64,000 nucleotides of DNA. Origin: an uncultured Alphaproteobacteria bacterium. GTDB taxonomy: Bacteria > Pseudomonadota > Alphaproteobacteria > Rhizobiales > Xanthobacteraceae. A program made the translations under genes and the position numbers. This document shows, in pieces, positions 54,626 to 64,000 of the stretch. The notes under the pieces are model-generated. The model searched no databases and had not been told where the DNA came from. It saw nothing but the letters and a program-made list of their open reading frames with translations. Within the stretch, counting starts at the first letter, position 1, and every line of letters starts with the position of its first letter. The stretch is taken from NCBI GenBank assembly GCA_963840465.1, contig CAWIZF010000033.1, forward strand, positions 22,286 through 86,285. The letters run 5' to 3'.

Positions 54626-55843
54626 ATGAAAAAATCCGCCGGCCTTTATCTCTCGGCCCGCGAGGCCTCCGCCGAACTCGCGATCTCGCAGGCGACGCTC
54701 TACGCCTATGTCAGCCGCGGGCTGATCCGCTCGGAGCCGTCGCAGGATTCCCGCAGCCACCGCTACCGGGCCGAGGACGTCCGTACGCTGAAGGAGCGGC
54801 GCACGCCGGCGCCCGAGCCGCGCGGCATGCGCAGTTTCGATGCGGATCTGCCGGTCCTGGATTCGGCAATCGCGACCATTACCGAGGACGGGCCGATCTA
54901 TCGCGGCGTCAACTGCGTCGACCTCGCCGAGCGCGACACGCTCGAACATGCCGCGACATTGTTATGGGATGTCAGCGGCGCCGATCCGTTCGAACAGGAC
55001 AATTGCCCCGTGGTGTCGGACGAAATGCGCAACGTGGCCGAGGCCGCGCGCGGGGCCAATGCGATCGATCGCACCATCGCCGTGCTGGCACTGGCGGCCA
55101 GCGCCGATCCGCGGGCGTTCACCCGCGCCGACGAAGGGCGCGCGATGCTCGGCGGCCGCATCATGCGGCTGGTGGTCGCGACCATGCTGAATGCCAAATC
55201 CTCGGCAAAGCCGCTTCATTTGCAGATCGCGCGGGTCTGGGCGCCGGAGCACAAGCACGCCGCCGATTTGATCCGCCGTGCGCTGGTGCTGCTGGCGGAT
55301 CATGAATTGAATGCGTCGACCTTCACCGTGCGCTGCGCGGCTTCGACCGGCTTGAATCTCTATGACTCTGTTATCGCCGGTCTCGTGGCGCTGAAGGGTC
55401 CGAAGCACGGCGGCGCCGGCGTGCTGGCGGCGCAGCTCCTGAAGACGCTCGCCAATGGCGAGGTCGCCCCCGTCATCCGCGAACGCGTCGCGCTCGGCGA
55501 ACGCTTCGCGGGCTTTGGCCATGGCGTCTACAAGCATGGCGATCCGCGCGCGCGGGCGCTATTGGAAGCGCTGGCGCGCTCCGGCGCCGATCGCAAGCTT
55601 ACCCACGAAATCCCTGAGCGGATCGCCGAAGCCACCGGCGAGTTCGTCAATATCGACTATGCCCTTGCGGTGCTGGTGCACACGCTCGGCCTGCCGCCCG
55701 GCCATGAACTGGTGCTGTTTTCGATGGCGCGCACGGTGGGATGGATCGCGCATGCCTGCGAACAATTGCGGCATGGCCGGCTGATCCGGCCCCGCGCGCG
55801 TTATGTCGGTCCGGCGCCCGGGCGCAGCCCCGGCCGGGCCTGA
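54626..55843 (+). CDS. N-terminal HTH (MerR/excisionase-like) fused to a citrate synthase-like domain
   Basis: YLSAREASAELAISQATLYAYVSRGLI...HRYRAEDV; DHELNASTF, GPKHGGA, GFGHGVY, VNIDY. Confidence 0.88.
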   Translation: MKKSAGLYLSAREASAELAISQATLYAYVSRGLIRSEPSQDSRSHRYRAEDVRTLKERRTPAPEPRGMRSFDADLPVLDSAIATITEDGPIYRGVNCVDLAERDTLEHAATLLWDVSGADPFEQDNCPVVSDEMRNVAEAARGANAIDRTIAVLALAASADPRAFTRADEGRAMLGGRIMRLVVATMLNAKSSAKPLHLQIARVWAPEHKHAADLIRRALVLLADHELNASTFTVRCAASTGLNLYDSVIAGLVALKGPKHGGAGVLAAQLLKTLANGEVAPVIRERVALGERFAGFGHGVYKHGDPRARALLEALARSGADRKLTHEIPERIAEATGEFVNIDYALAVLVHTLGLPPGHELVLFSMARTVGWIAHACEQLRHGRLIRPRARYVGPAPGRSPGRA

Positions 55844-56460
55844 CGGCGGCGCAGCGTCCAGACGCCGAGCGCGATGATCGCCGCCGCGAATACGGCCAAA
55901 ATCCAAAGATGCTTGCCGACGTGTTGGTGATGCGGCAGGCCGGCATAGTGATGCAGCGCCGAGACCGCGAACACGCCCGGCAGCACATGCGCCAAAGCCC
56001 ACGCCAGGACCGCGGCAATGTTGACGCCGTAGAACCGGGCCGGCGGCATCCCGAGCGCGCCCGCCGTCACCGGCACGAAGGCGCGGATCGGCGGCAGAAA
56101 GCGTGCGAAAAAGACCGCCAGCGTTCCCCAGCGGTGGAAGAACGCCTCGCTCTGCGCCATCACGGCCGGATATCTCGACATCGGCCAGGCGCCGAGAATT
56201 TCGCGTTGCGAGCGATGGCCGGCCCAGAACGCCGAGCCGTCGCCGATCAGGGCTCCGGCGATCGCTGCCGCCAGCACGCCCCACAGCTTCAGTTCGCCGC
56301 CGGGCACCAGCGCGCTAAGGGCAAGGATGACGGTCGAGCCCGGCACCAGCGCCCCCACCACCGGGATCGCCTCCAAAAAAGCCGCAAGGAATAGCGTCAG
56401 ATAGGCCAGCCACGGATGGGCGGAAACGAATGCGATTACGGGATCGAGGAATGAAGTCAC
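55801..56460 (-). CDS. DedA family membrane protein
   Basis: FLEAIPVVGALVPG, GALIGD, FFHRWG..AVFFARFLPPIR, AGALGMP. Confidence 0.9.
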   Translation of the reverse strand: MTSFLDPVIAFVSAHPWLAYLTLFLAAFLEAIPVVGALVPGSTVILALSALVPGGELKLWGVLAAAIAGALIGDGSAFWAGHRSQREILGAWPMSRYPAVMAQSEAFFHRWGTLAVFFARFLPPIRAFVPVTAGALGMPPARFYGVNIAAVLAWALAHVLPGVFAVSALHHYAGLPHHQHVGKHLWILAVFAAAIIALGVWTLRRRQARPGLRPGAGPT

Positions 56461-56759
56461 AATCTCACTTTTCAATCAGGGCTTGAACCAGAGCTACCAA
56501 GTCCCGGTAGGGGCTGAAAGTGCCGGTCAGCCCGGCGTTTTGAGCCAGGCGGGTAGCCTAGCCGGCAAAAGTGCGGCGTGATTCGCAGGGCAGCCCTCCA
56601 AAAACCAGATACACACCCTATCTCAATGATATGGCAACGGAACTTTGATTGTGCCACGGGCTTCTGCCGGCCGTTGCTCTCTGCTACGTTGGCGTTAGCC
56701 CCCATCCGCAGCCATTCAACAGATCTGGTTTCGGGAACGCCCGGGATCTCGGAGGATTG

Positions 56760-57759
56760 ATGACGACCGCCGCCATGAGCAAAGTTACGCAGCCCGCCGG
56801 ATTGCCCGACATGAAGGTGTCGGTCCGGCAGGTATTTGGAATCGATACCGATCTCGAAGTGCCGGCCTATTCCGAGGTCGACCCGCATGTACCGGACGTC
56901 GATTCGGACTACCGGTTCGACCGCGCCACCACGCTCGCGATCCTCGCCGGTTTCGCCCACAACCGCCGCGTCATGGTCACCGGCTATCACGGCACCGGCA
57001 AATCGACCCATATCGAGCAGGTCGCGGCGCGGCTGAATTGGCCCTGCGTGCGCGTCAACCTCGACAGCCACATCAGCCGTATCGACCTCGTCGGCAAGGA
57101 CTCGATCGTCGTCAGGGACGGCAAGCAGGTCACCGAGTTCCGCGACGGCATCCTGCCCTGGGCGCTGCAGCACAACATCGCATTGGTGTTCGACGAATAT
57201 GACGCCGGCCGTCCCGACGTGATGTTCGTGATCCAGCGCGTGCTGGAAGTTTCCGGCCGTCTGACGCTGCTCGACCAGAACAAGGTGATCAAGCCGCATC
57301 CGGCGTTCCGGCTGTTCTCGACCGCCAACACGGTCGGTCTCGGCGATACGTCCGGCCTCTATCACGGCACCCAGCAGATCAACCAGGGCCAGATGGACCG
57401 CTGGTCGATCGTCACCACGCTGAACTATCTGGCGCATGACGAGGAAGTCGAGATCGTGCTGGCGAAGGCGCAAGCACTACCGCACGCAGGAAGGCCGCGA
57501 CATCGTCAACAAGATGGTGCGGCTCGCCGATCTCACCCGCAACGCGTTTGCCAATGGCGATCTCTCGACGGTGATGAGCCCGCGCACGGTGATCACCTGG
57601 GCCGAGAACGCCGACATCTTCAAAGATATCGGCTTTGCGTTCCGCGTCACCTTCCTCAACAAGTGCGACGAACTGGAGCGGCCGCTGGTGGCCGAATTCT
57701 ACCAGCGCTGCTTCAATGCGGAGCTGCCCGAGAGTTCGGTGAACGTGGCGCTCAGCTAG
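56760..57759 (+). CDS. cobS: Cobaltochelatase subunit CobS (MoxR-like AAA+); frameshift at ~57470
   Basis: [61 protein letters not shown]. Confidence 0.95.
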
Positions 57760-57761
57760 CC

Positions 57762-58172
57762 ATGGCGAGAATTGCCGTCGAGCGCACCATTGGAAAGACC
57801 AAGAAGGCGGTGCTCGGCGGGCTCCTCGGCTACAACGCCGAGAAGATGGGGAAGCAGAAATACAAGCGCTTCGCCATCTCGCTGCGCCAAGGCGACAAGA
57901 TCGTTGGCGGGATTGTCGGCGAAGTCTGGACCACGGTGCTGTTTATCCAATTCTTCTGGATGGAGCAGAAACTCCGCGGCAAGGACTACGGGACGCGGCT
58001 GATCAAGGCGATTGAAGACGAGGCAAGAAAGTTTGGGGCCACGCGGTCCTATCTGGACACGATGAGTTTTCAGGCGCCGGGTTTCTACCGCGCCTGCGGC
58101 TACGAGGAATTCGGTTCGATCGAAGGCTATCCCGGCGGCGTCACGCGGCATTGGTTTACGAAAGCGCTATGA
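57762..58172 (+). CDS. GNAT family N-acetyltransferase
   Basis: IVGGIVG, LRGKDYGTRLI, LDTMSFQAPGFYRACGY. Confidence 0.9.
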   Translation: MARIAVERTIGKTKKAVLGGLLGYNAEKMGKQKYKRFAISLRQGDKIVGGIVGEVWTTVLFIQFFWMEQKLRGKDYGTRLIKAIEDEARKFGATRSYLDTMSFQAPGFYRACGYEEFGSIEGYPGGVTRHWFTKAL

Positions 58173-60071
58173 GCACATCCAACTCCAAATTCCGTACCGG
58201 ATCCAAGGAAGCGCCGACCGAGCCGTTCAAGCGCGCGGTAACCTCGTGCCTGCGCGCGATCGCAAAGGCGCCCGAACTGGACGTGACGTTCGCGGCCGAA
58301 CGCCCGGGTCTCGCGCCCGGCAAGGCGCGGCTGCCGGAGCCCGCCCGCAAGATGACCAAGCGCGACGCGGCGATCGTGCGCGGCCACGCCGATTCGATCG
58401 CGCTCAAGCTCGCCTGTCACGATCCCAAGGTGCACCGCAAGCTGATGCCGGGAAATCCGCAGGCGCGCGGCGTGTTCGAGGCGGTGGAGCAGGCGCGCGT
58501 GGAGGCCATCGGTTCGCGGCGGATGGCGGGCGTGGCGAAGAACCTGACCGCGATGCTCGACGATCATTTCCATCGCGGCAAGTACGACGAGATCACCGAC
58601 CGCGCCGATGCGCCGCTGTCGGATGCGCTGGCGATGCTGGTGCGCGAGCGGCTGACGGGACTTGCGCCGCCGGCGGCTGCGAAGAAAATGGTCGATCTCT
58701 GGCGGCCGGTGCTGGAAGACAAGATCGGCGCCCGGCTCGACAAGCTCAGCCGCGTCACCGAGGACCAGGCCAAGTTCGGCGATCTCGTGCATGACCTGCT
58801 GTCGGCGCTCGACCTCGGCGAGGACCGCGATGCGGACGCCGATGACGACGAGAACGACGAGAACCAGGACGGCGAGAACGACCAGTCCGGCGCCGAGGGC
58901 TCGCCCGATTCCGACGCCGCGCAGGAGATGAGCGCCGACCAGGCGCAGGCTTCCACCGACGAAATGTCGGAAAGCGCGATGGAGAGCGCGCAGGCCTCCA
59001 CATCAGATACGTTCGACGACGGCGAACTCGGCGACGACGAGACGCCGGGCGAGGCGACGCGGCCGAATACGCGCGGCGCCAACGAGCCGCGCGGGCCGGA
59101 ATATCATGCCTTCGCGCCGAAGTTCGACGAGGTGATCGCGGCCGAAGATCTCTGCGACCATGACGAGCTGGAACGGCTTGCGCTCCTATCTCGACAAGCA
59201 ACTCGCGCATCTGCAGGGCATCGTGGCGCGGCTCGCCAACCGGCTGCAGCGCCGCCTGATGGCGCAGCAGAACCGCGCCTGGGAGTTCGATCTCGAGGAA
59301 GGCATTCTCGATCCCGCCCGGCTGTCGCGCGTGGTTACCGATCCCTATCATCCGCTGTCCTTCATGCATGAGAAGGAAGCGACCTTCCGCGATACCGTGG
59401 TGACGCTGCTCCTGGACAATTCCGGTTCGATGCGCGGCCGTCCGATCACGGTGGCGGCGACCTGCGCCGATATCCTCGCGCGCACGCTGGAGCGCTGCGG
59501 CGTCAAGGTCGAGATTCTGGGCTTCACCACGCGCGCCTGGAAGGGCGGGCAGTCGCGTGAGGCGTGGCTTGCGGCCGGCAAGCCGGCCAATCCCGGCCGT
59601 CTCAACGATCTCCGCCACATCATCTACAAGTCTGCCGATGCGCCCTGGCGCCGTTCGCGCAAGAATCTCGGCTTGATGATGCGCGAGGGTCTGCTGAAGG
59701 AGAACATCGACGGCGAGGCGCTGGACTGGGCGCACAAGCGGCTGCTCGGCCGGTCCGAGCAGCGCAAGATTCTGATGATGATCTCGGACGGTGCGCCGGT
59801 CGACGATTCCACGCTGTCGGTCAATCCCGGCAATTATCTCGAGCGGCATCTGCGCCATATCATCGAGGAGATCGAGACGCGCTCGCCGGTCGAACTGATC
59901 GCGATCGGCATCGGTCACGACGTCACGCGCTACTATCGCCGTGCGGTCACCATCGTCGATGCCGAGGAACTCGGCGGCGCCATCACCGAGAAACTCGCCG
60001 AACTGTTCAGCGAGACCCAGGGCGCCGCGCCCACCACGGGTCATCGTCGACCGCGCCGGTTGCATTCGTGA
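58169..60071 (+). CDS. cobT: Cobaltochelatase subunit CobT (VWA domain); frameshift at ~59178
   Basis: EQARVEAIG, acidic linker, [10 protein letters not shown] (MIDAS), [20 protein letters not shown]. Confidence 0.95.
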
Positions 60072-60075
60072 GAGC

Positions 60076-61146
60076 ATGCGCACGCCGATAGGCCGCCGCC
60101 GCCTTTTGCAATATGCAGCGGCGGGGCTTTCGGTGGCAGCTGTCCCCGGGGTGGCGCTGGCGCAAACCGCCGTTCAACGACCCCCGAAGCCGACCGTTCC
60201 TGACGAATTCTCGGTCACCGCGCCGGTCTCGATCGAGGTCAATGCCCGGCCGCTGCCCTCGTTCGACACCCGCGACCGGTCGCGTGTGCGGTTCGGCGAA
60301 CTCGAATATCGCAGCGGGCTGATCCTGACCTCGCGGTTTCGCGGCTTCGGCGGATTGTCGGGTCTTCGCCTTGATGCAAAGGGCGAGCGCTTCATCGCGA
60401 TCAGCGACAAGGGCGGCTGGTTCACCGGCCGCATTGTCTACAAGGGTCGCGAGATGATCGGGCTCGACGACGTCGAGGCCTCGCCGATGCTCGGTCCTGA
60501 CGGCAAGCCGATCACCTCGCGCGGCTGGTTCGATACCGAGGCGCTCGCACTCGACGGCTCGCTGGCCTATGTCGGTATCGAGCGCGTGCATCAGGTGCTG
60601 CGCTTCGATTTCGCCAAAGGTTTTACGCGCGCTCTTGGCGAGGTCGTGCCGCTGCCGCCGGCAGCGCGCAAGCTGCCCTACAACAGGGGCATCGAGGCGC
60701 TGGTGGCGGTGCCGAAGACGCTGCCCTTGGCGGGAACGCTGATCGCGATCTCGGAACGCGGCCTTGACGCGCAGGGTAATATCCTGGGCTTCCTGATTGG
60801 GGGCAAAACGCCCGGGCAGTTTTCGATCCGCCGCACCGAGAATTTCGATATCAGCGACGCGGTGCTGCTGCCGTCCGGCGGGCTGTTGCTGCTGGAACGC
60901 AAATTCTCATGGCTCGGCGGGATCGGCATCCGCATCCGGCGCGTCGCGCTGGCCTCCATAGTTCCGGGTGCCGTCATCGATGGGCCTTTGATCTTCGAGG
61001 CCGATCTCGGCGACGAAATCGACAACATGGAAGGCATCGACGCCCACGTCACGCCGGAGGGCGACACCGTGCTGACGCTGGTCTCCGATGACAATTTCTC
61101 GCTGATCCAGCGCAATCTGCTGCTGCAATTCACGCTGGTGGACTAG
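60076..61146 (+). CDS. Esterase-like activity of phytase family protein, probable Tat substrate
   Basis: GRRRLL signal, FGGLSG, ISDKG, DTEAL, IDNMEGI, VSDDNFS. Confidence 0.85.
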   Translation: MRTPIGRRRLLQYAAAGLSVAAVPGVALAQTAVQRPPKPTVPDEFSVTAPVSIEVNARPLPSFDTRDRSRVRFGELEYRSGLILTSRFRGFGGLSGLRLDAKGERFIAISDKGGWFTGRIVYKGREMIGLDDVEASPMLGPDGKPITSRGWFDTEALALDGSLAYVGIERVHQVLRFDFAKGFTRALGEVVPLPPAARKLPYNRGIEALVAVPKTLPLAGTLIAISERGLDAQGNILGFLIGGKTPGQFSIRRTENFDISDAVLLPSGGLLLLERKFSWLGGIGIRIRRVALASIVPGAVIDGPLIFEADLGDEIDNMEGIDAHVTPEGDTVLTLVSDDNFSLIQRNLLLQFTLVD

Positions 61147-61203
61147 CGGGTGAATAACGGAACGGTTCTTGCAGCGCTTCAGGGGATCAAACCGGAGTTT
61201 TTG

Positions 61204-62166
61204 ATGAACACGTTCCTTCGCGTTATTTGCGTATTTGCCAGCATTTGGACGGCCACCGCCGCACAGGCGCAGGGCTGGCCGTCGCGGCTGATCAAGGCGA
61301 CCATTCCGTTCGGCGCGGGTAGCGCGGCCGACGTGGTGCCGCGGCTGGTGTTCGAGCGTCTCTCCGCCGAACTCGGCCAGTCGATCGTGATCGAAAACCG
61401 CGCCGGCGGCGGCGGCGTGCTCGGTTCGGCGCAGGTCGCGAAAGCCGATCCCGATGGCTACAGCATTCTCGCCCAATCGTCGGCACTGACGATTGCGCCG
61501 GCGATTTTTCCGAGCGCGAGCTTCGACGTCAGCCGGGATCTGGCCTCGGTGCTGATGATCGGATCCAGCGCCAACGTGATGATCGTGCCGAAGGAGCGGC
61601 CCTGGAAGACCATTCAGGACTTCATCGCCGACGCCAAGGCCAAACCCGGCTCGATTTCGTTCGGCTCGGTCGGCATCGGCAGCGCCGTGCATATCAGCAG
61701 CGAGAAATTCCGCTTTGCCGCCGGCATCGAGGCCACGCATGTGCCTTATCGCGCAGGCCCGGAAGTGATCGCCGACATCCTCGGCGGGCGGATCGACCTG
61801 TATTTCTGCCCGCTCGCGACCGCGCTGCCGCTGATCCGCGAGGGGCAGGTCCGCGCGCTGGTGGTCTCGACGGCTAAACGGGCCGCCGATCTGCCTGACG
61901 TGCCGACGCCGGTCGAGATCGGATTGAAGGACGCCGACAGCGAGATCTGGTTCGGCGTGTTCGTGCCGGCCAAGACGCCGCGCGACATCGTCGAGAAGCT
62001 GCATGCGGCGGGCGACAAGGTGCTGGCCGATCCGGCGATGCAGGCGAGCCTGAAAAAGCTCGGCATCGAGCCGATGCCGATGAAGCCGGCCGAGATGGAC
62101 GAACTCGTCAAGCGCGAGATAGCGGCCAATATGGAGCTGATCAAGGCCGCGGGCATCAAGCCGTGA
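61204..62166 (+). CDS. Tripartite tricarboxylate transporter substrate-binding protein (Bug/TctC)
   Basis: WPSRLIK..PFGAGSAAD, ENRAGGGG, ADPDGY, THVPY, LPDVPT. Confidence 0.92.
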   Translation: MNTFLRVICVFASIWTATAAQAQGWPSRLIKATIPFGAGSAADVVPRLVFERLSAELGQSIVIENRAGGGGVLGSAQVAKADPDGYSILAQSSALTIAPAIFPSASFDVSRDLASVLMIGSSANVMIVPKERPWKTIQDFIADAKAKPGSISFGSVGIGSAVHISSEKFRFAAGIEATHVPYRAGPEVIADILGGRIDLYFCPLATALPLIREGQVRALVVSTAKRAADLPDVPTPVEIGLKDADSEIWFGVFVPAKTPRDIVEKLHAAGDKVLADPAMQASLKKLGIEPMPMKPAEMDELVKREIAANMELIKAAGIKP

Positions 62167-62285
62167 GACCTGTCGCCGCAACGCATCAAACCGGAGGGGA
62201 GGGTTGCAGCCGGGGCGGGTTGAGGAGAGGGAAGCCGATCGCTACAGATTAAGGGTTGCTTTCCCTCCCGGTCCGGACATCCCCC

Positions 62286-63398
62286 ATGAGCGCTCTGTTT
62301 ACCCCGATCAAGCTGCGCGGCCTTAGCCTTGCCAACCGCATCATGGTGGCGCCGATGTGCCAGTACTCGTCCGTGGACGGCGAGGCCAATGACTGGCACT
62401 TCACCCACATCAATTCGCTGGCGCTGTCGGGCGCTGCGATCTTCTGCATCGAGGCCACCGCGGTCGAGGCGACCGGCCGCATCACGCCCGGCTGTCTCGG
62501 CCTGTGGAACGACGCCACCGAGGCCGCGCTGAAGCCGATCCTGGCCTCGGTGCGCAAGCGCTCGAAGGCCGCCGTGATGATCCAGCTCGCACACGCCGGC
62601 CGCAAGGCATCGAGCCACACGCCGTGGGACGGCGGGCAACTGATCCCGGTGGCCGAAGGCGGCTGGCGGCCGGAGGGCCCCTCGGCGATTCCGCACAAGG
62701 AGGGCGAGACCCCGCCTTTGGCGTTCGACGCGGCCGGACTTGCGCGCGTGCGCGACGCCTTCGTGGCGGCAGCCAAGCGCACCGAGCGGCTCGGCATCGA
62801 CGCGATCGAGGTGCACGCCGCGCACGGCTATCTGCTGCATCAGTTCCTGTCGCCGATCGCCAACCAGCGCACCGACCAATATGGCGGCTCGTTGCAGAAT
62901 CGCATGCGCTTTCCGCTCGAAGTGTTCGACGCCGTGCGCGAGGCGTTCCCGCACGACAAGCCGGTCGGGATCCGCGTCTCCTGCACCGATTGGGTCGAGG
63001 GCGGCTGGGACCTGCCGCAGACCATTGAATTCGCGCAGGCCCTGAAGGGCCGCGGCGTCGACTGGATCGACGCGTCCTCGGGCGGCGTTTCGCCGCTGCA
63101 AAAAATCCCGCTCGGCCCCGGCTACCAGGTGCCGTTCGCGCAGGCGATCAGGGAAGCCACCGGCCTCACGACCATCGCCGTCGGCCTGATCACCGAGCCG
63201 AAGCAGGCCGAGGAGATCGTGGCCTCCGGCAAGGCCGACATGGTCGCGCTGGCGCGCGGCATGCTCTACGACCCGCGCTGGGGCTGGCATGCCGCCGCCG
63301 AACTCGGCGGCCATGTCGAAGCCCCGCCGCAATACTGGCGCTCGCAGCCCTCGACGCAAAAGGCGCTGTTCGGCGCCACCACGTTCGGGACGAGGTAG
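62286..63398 (+). CDS. NADH:flavin oxidoreductase (Old Yellow Enzyme, YqjM-like)
   Basis: NRIMVAPMCQYS, QLAHAGRKAS, HAAHGYLLHQFLSP, YGGSLQNR, GPGYQVP. Confidence 0.93.
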   Translation: MSALFTPIKLRGLSLANRIMVAPMCQYSSVDGEANDWHFTHINSLALSGAAIFCIEATAVEATGRITPGCLGLWNDATEAALKPILASVRKRSKAAVMIQLAHAGRKASSHTPWDGGQLIPVAEGGWRPEGPSAIPHKEGETPPLAFDAAGLARVRDAFVAAAKRTERLGIDAIEVHAAHGYLLHQFLSPIANQRTDQYGGSLQNRMRFPLEVFDAVREAFPHDKPVGIRVSCTDWVEGGWDLPQTIEFAQALKGRGVDWIDASSGGVSPLQKIPLGPGYQVPFAQAIREATGLTTIAVGLITEPKQAEEIVASGKADMVALARGMLYDPRWGWHAAAELGGHVEAPPQYWRSQPSTQKALFGATTFGTR

Positions 63399-63555
63399 CG
63401 GCATACGTCGCGCCTCTCGCTTCGCGCGCGTCACTCCGCCGCGCGAACTTCTGCCCGTCCGATTTGTCATATCTCGGCCACACGCCGGGGCGTGCTATGC
63501 TTTTGCTGGCGCGCGACAGACGCGCTTTCAACAAAACACATAGCGAGGACACCCC

Positions 63556-64000
63556 ATGGAGATCGGATATTTCACGATGCCGTCCCATCCGCCGGAGTGC
63601 GGGTTGAAGGAGGGTCACGACTGGGACTTGCAGACGCTGCGGTGGCTCGATGAACTCGGCTATCAGGAGGCCTGGATCGGCGAGCACCACACCGCGCCCT
63701 GGGAACCGCATCCCTCGCCCGATCTCATGCTCGCGCAGGCGTTCTTGCAGACCAAGAACATCCGTCTCGGCCCCGGCGGCTTCCTGCTGCCCTATCACCA
63801 CCCGGCCGAACTCGCCAACCGCGTCGCGATGCTCGATCACCTCTCCGAGGGACGGCTGAATTTCGGCGTCGCGGCATCGGGCCTGCCGAGCGACTGGGCG
63901 ATGTTCAACGTCGACGGCATGTCCGGCCAGAACCGCGACATGACGCGCGAGGCGCTGGAGATCATCCTGAAAATGTGGACCGAGGACGCGCCCTGGACCT
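63556..64000 (+). CDS. LLM-class (luciferase-like) flavin-dependent oxidoreductase, truncated by the window end
   Basis: MEIGYFTMPSHPP...DELGYQEAWIGEHH...LPYHHPAELANRVAMLDHLSEGRLNFG; GAGG RBS. Confidence 0.9.
   Translation, partial: MEIGYFTMPSHPPECGLKEGHDWDLQTLRWLDELGYQEAWIGEHHTAPWEPHPSPDLMLAQAFLQTKNIRLGPGGFLLPYHHPAELANRVAMLDHLSEGRLNFGVAASGLPSDWAMFNVDGMSGQNRDMTREALEIILKMWTEDAPWT

Noticed and set aside
56649-58172. 507-aa ORF that looks like a CobS-GNAT fusion
   Set aside because: A +1 indel at ~57470 shifts cobS into the GNAT frame. The real CobS C-terminus continues in another frame to TAG 57759, and the linker is nonsense sequence.

Overview
High-GC alphaproteobacterial chromosome segment; gene content, synteny and repeats point to Bradyrhizobium or a close relative in Nitrobacteraceae (inference). 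It holds about 60 CDS, mostly core genes (ispA, mtgA, rpmF, phaR-phaA-phaB, gloB, prmC-prfA-ptsP-lysC, ubiG, grxC, mutT-argJ-PPIase-secA, accA, xerD, aroK-aroB, bolA, J-domain, cobS-cobT). Accessory modules: TauD + Rieske oxygenase, a secreted caspase-like protease, an ABC efflux operon behind a FixK/FNR box, a GYD-domain gene with a structured leader, and a divergent citrate-synthase / HTH-citrate-synthase pair around a palindromic operator. About a dozen REP/REPIN palindromes (GTAG and CGTC types) lie between genes; two are nested and several supply stop codons. Many genes, including essential secA, carry single-base frameshifts. These are most likely long-read consensus errors, and many fall at GANTC (CcrM) sites. 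No rRNA, tRNA, CRISPR array, IS transposase or prophage was seen. All product calls come from motif recognition only; no database search was run. Best candidates for undescribed biology: the HTH-citrate-synthase module (53461-55843) and the structured GYD leader (43648-43845).
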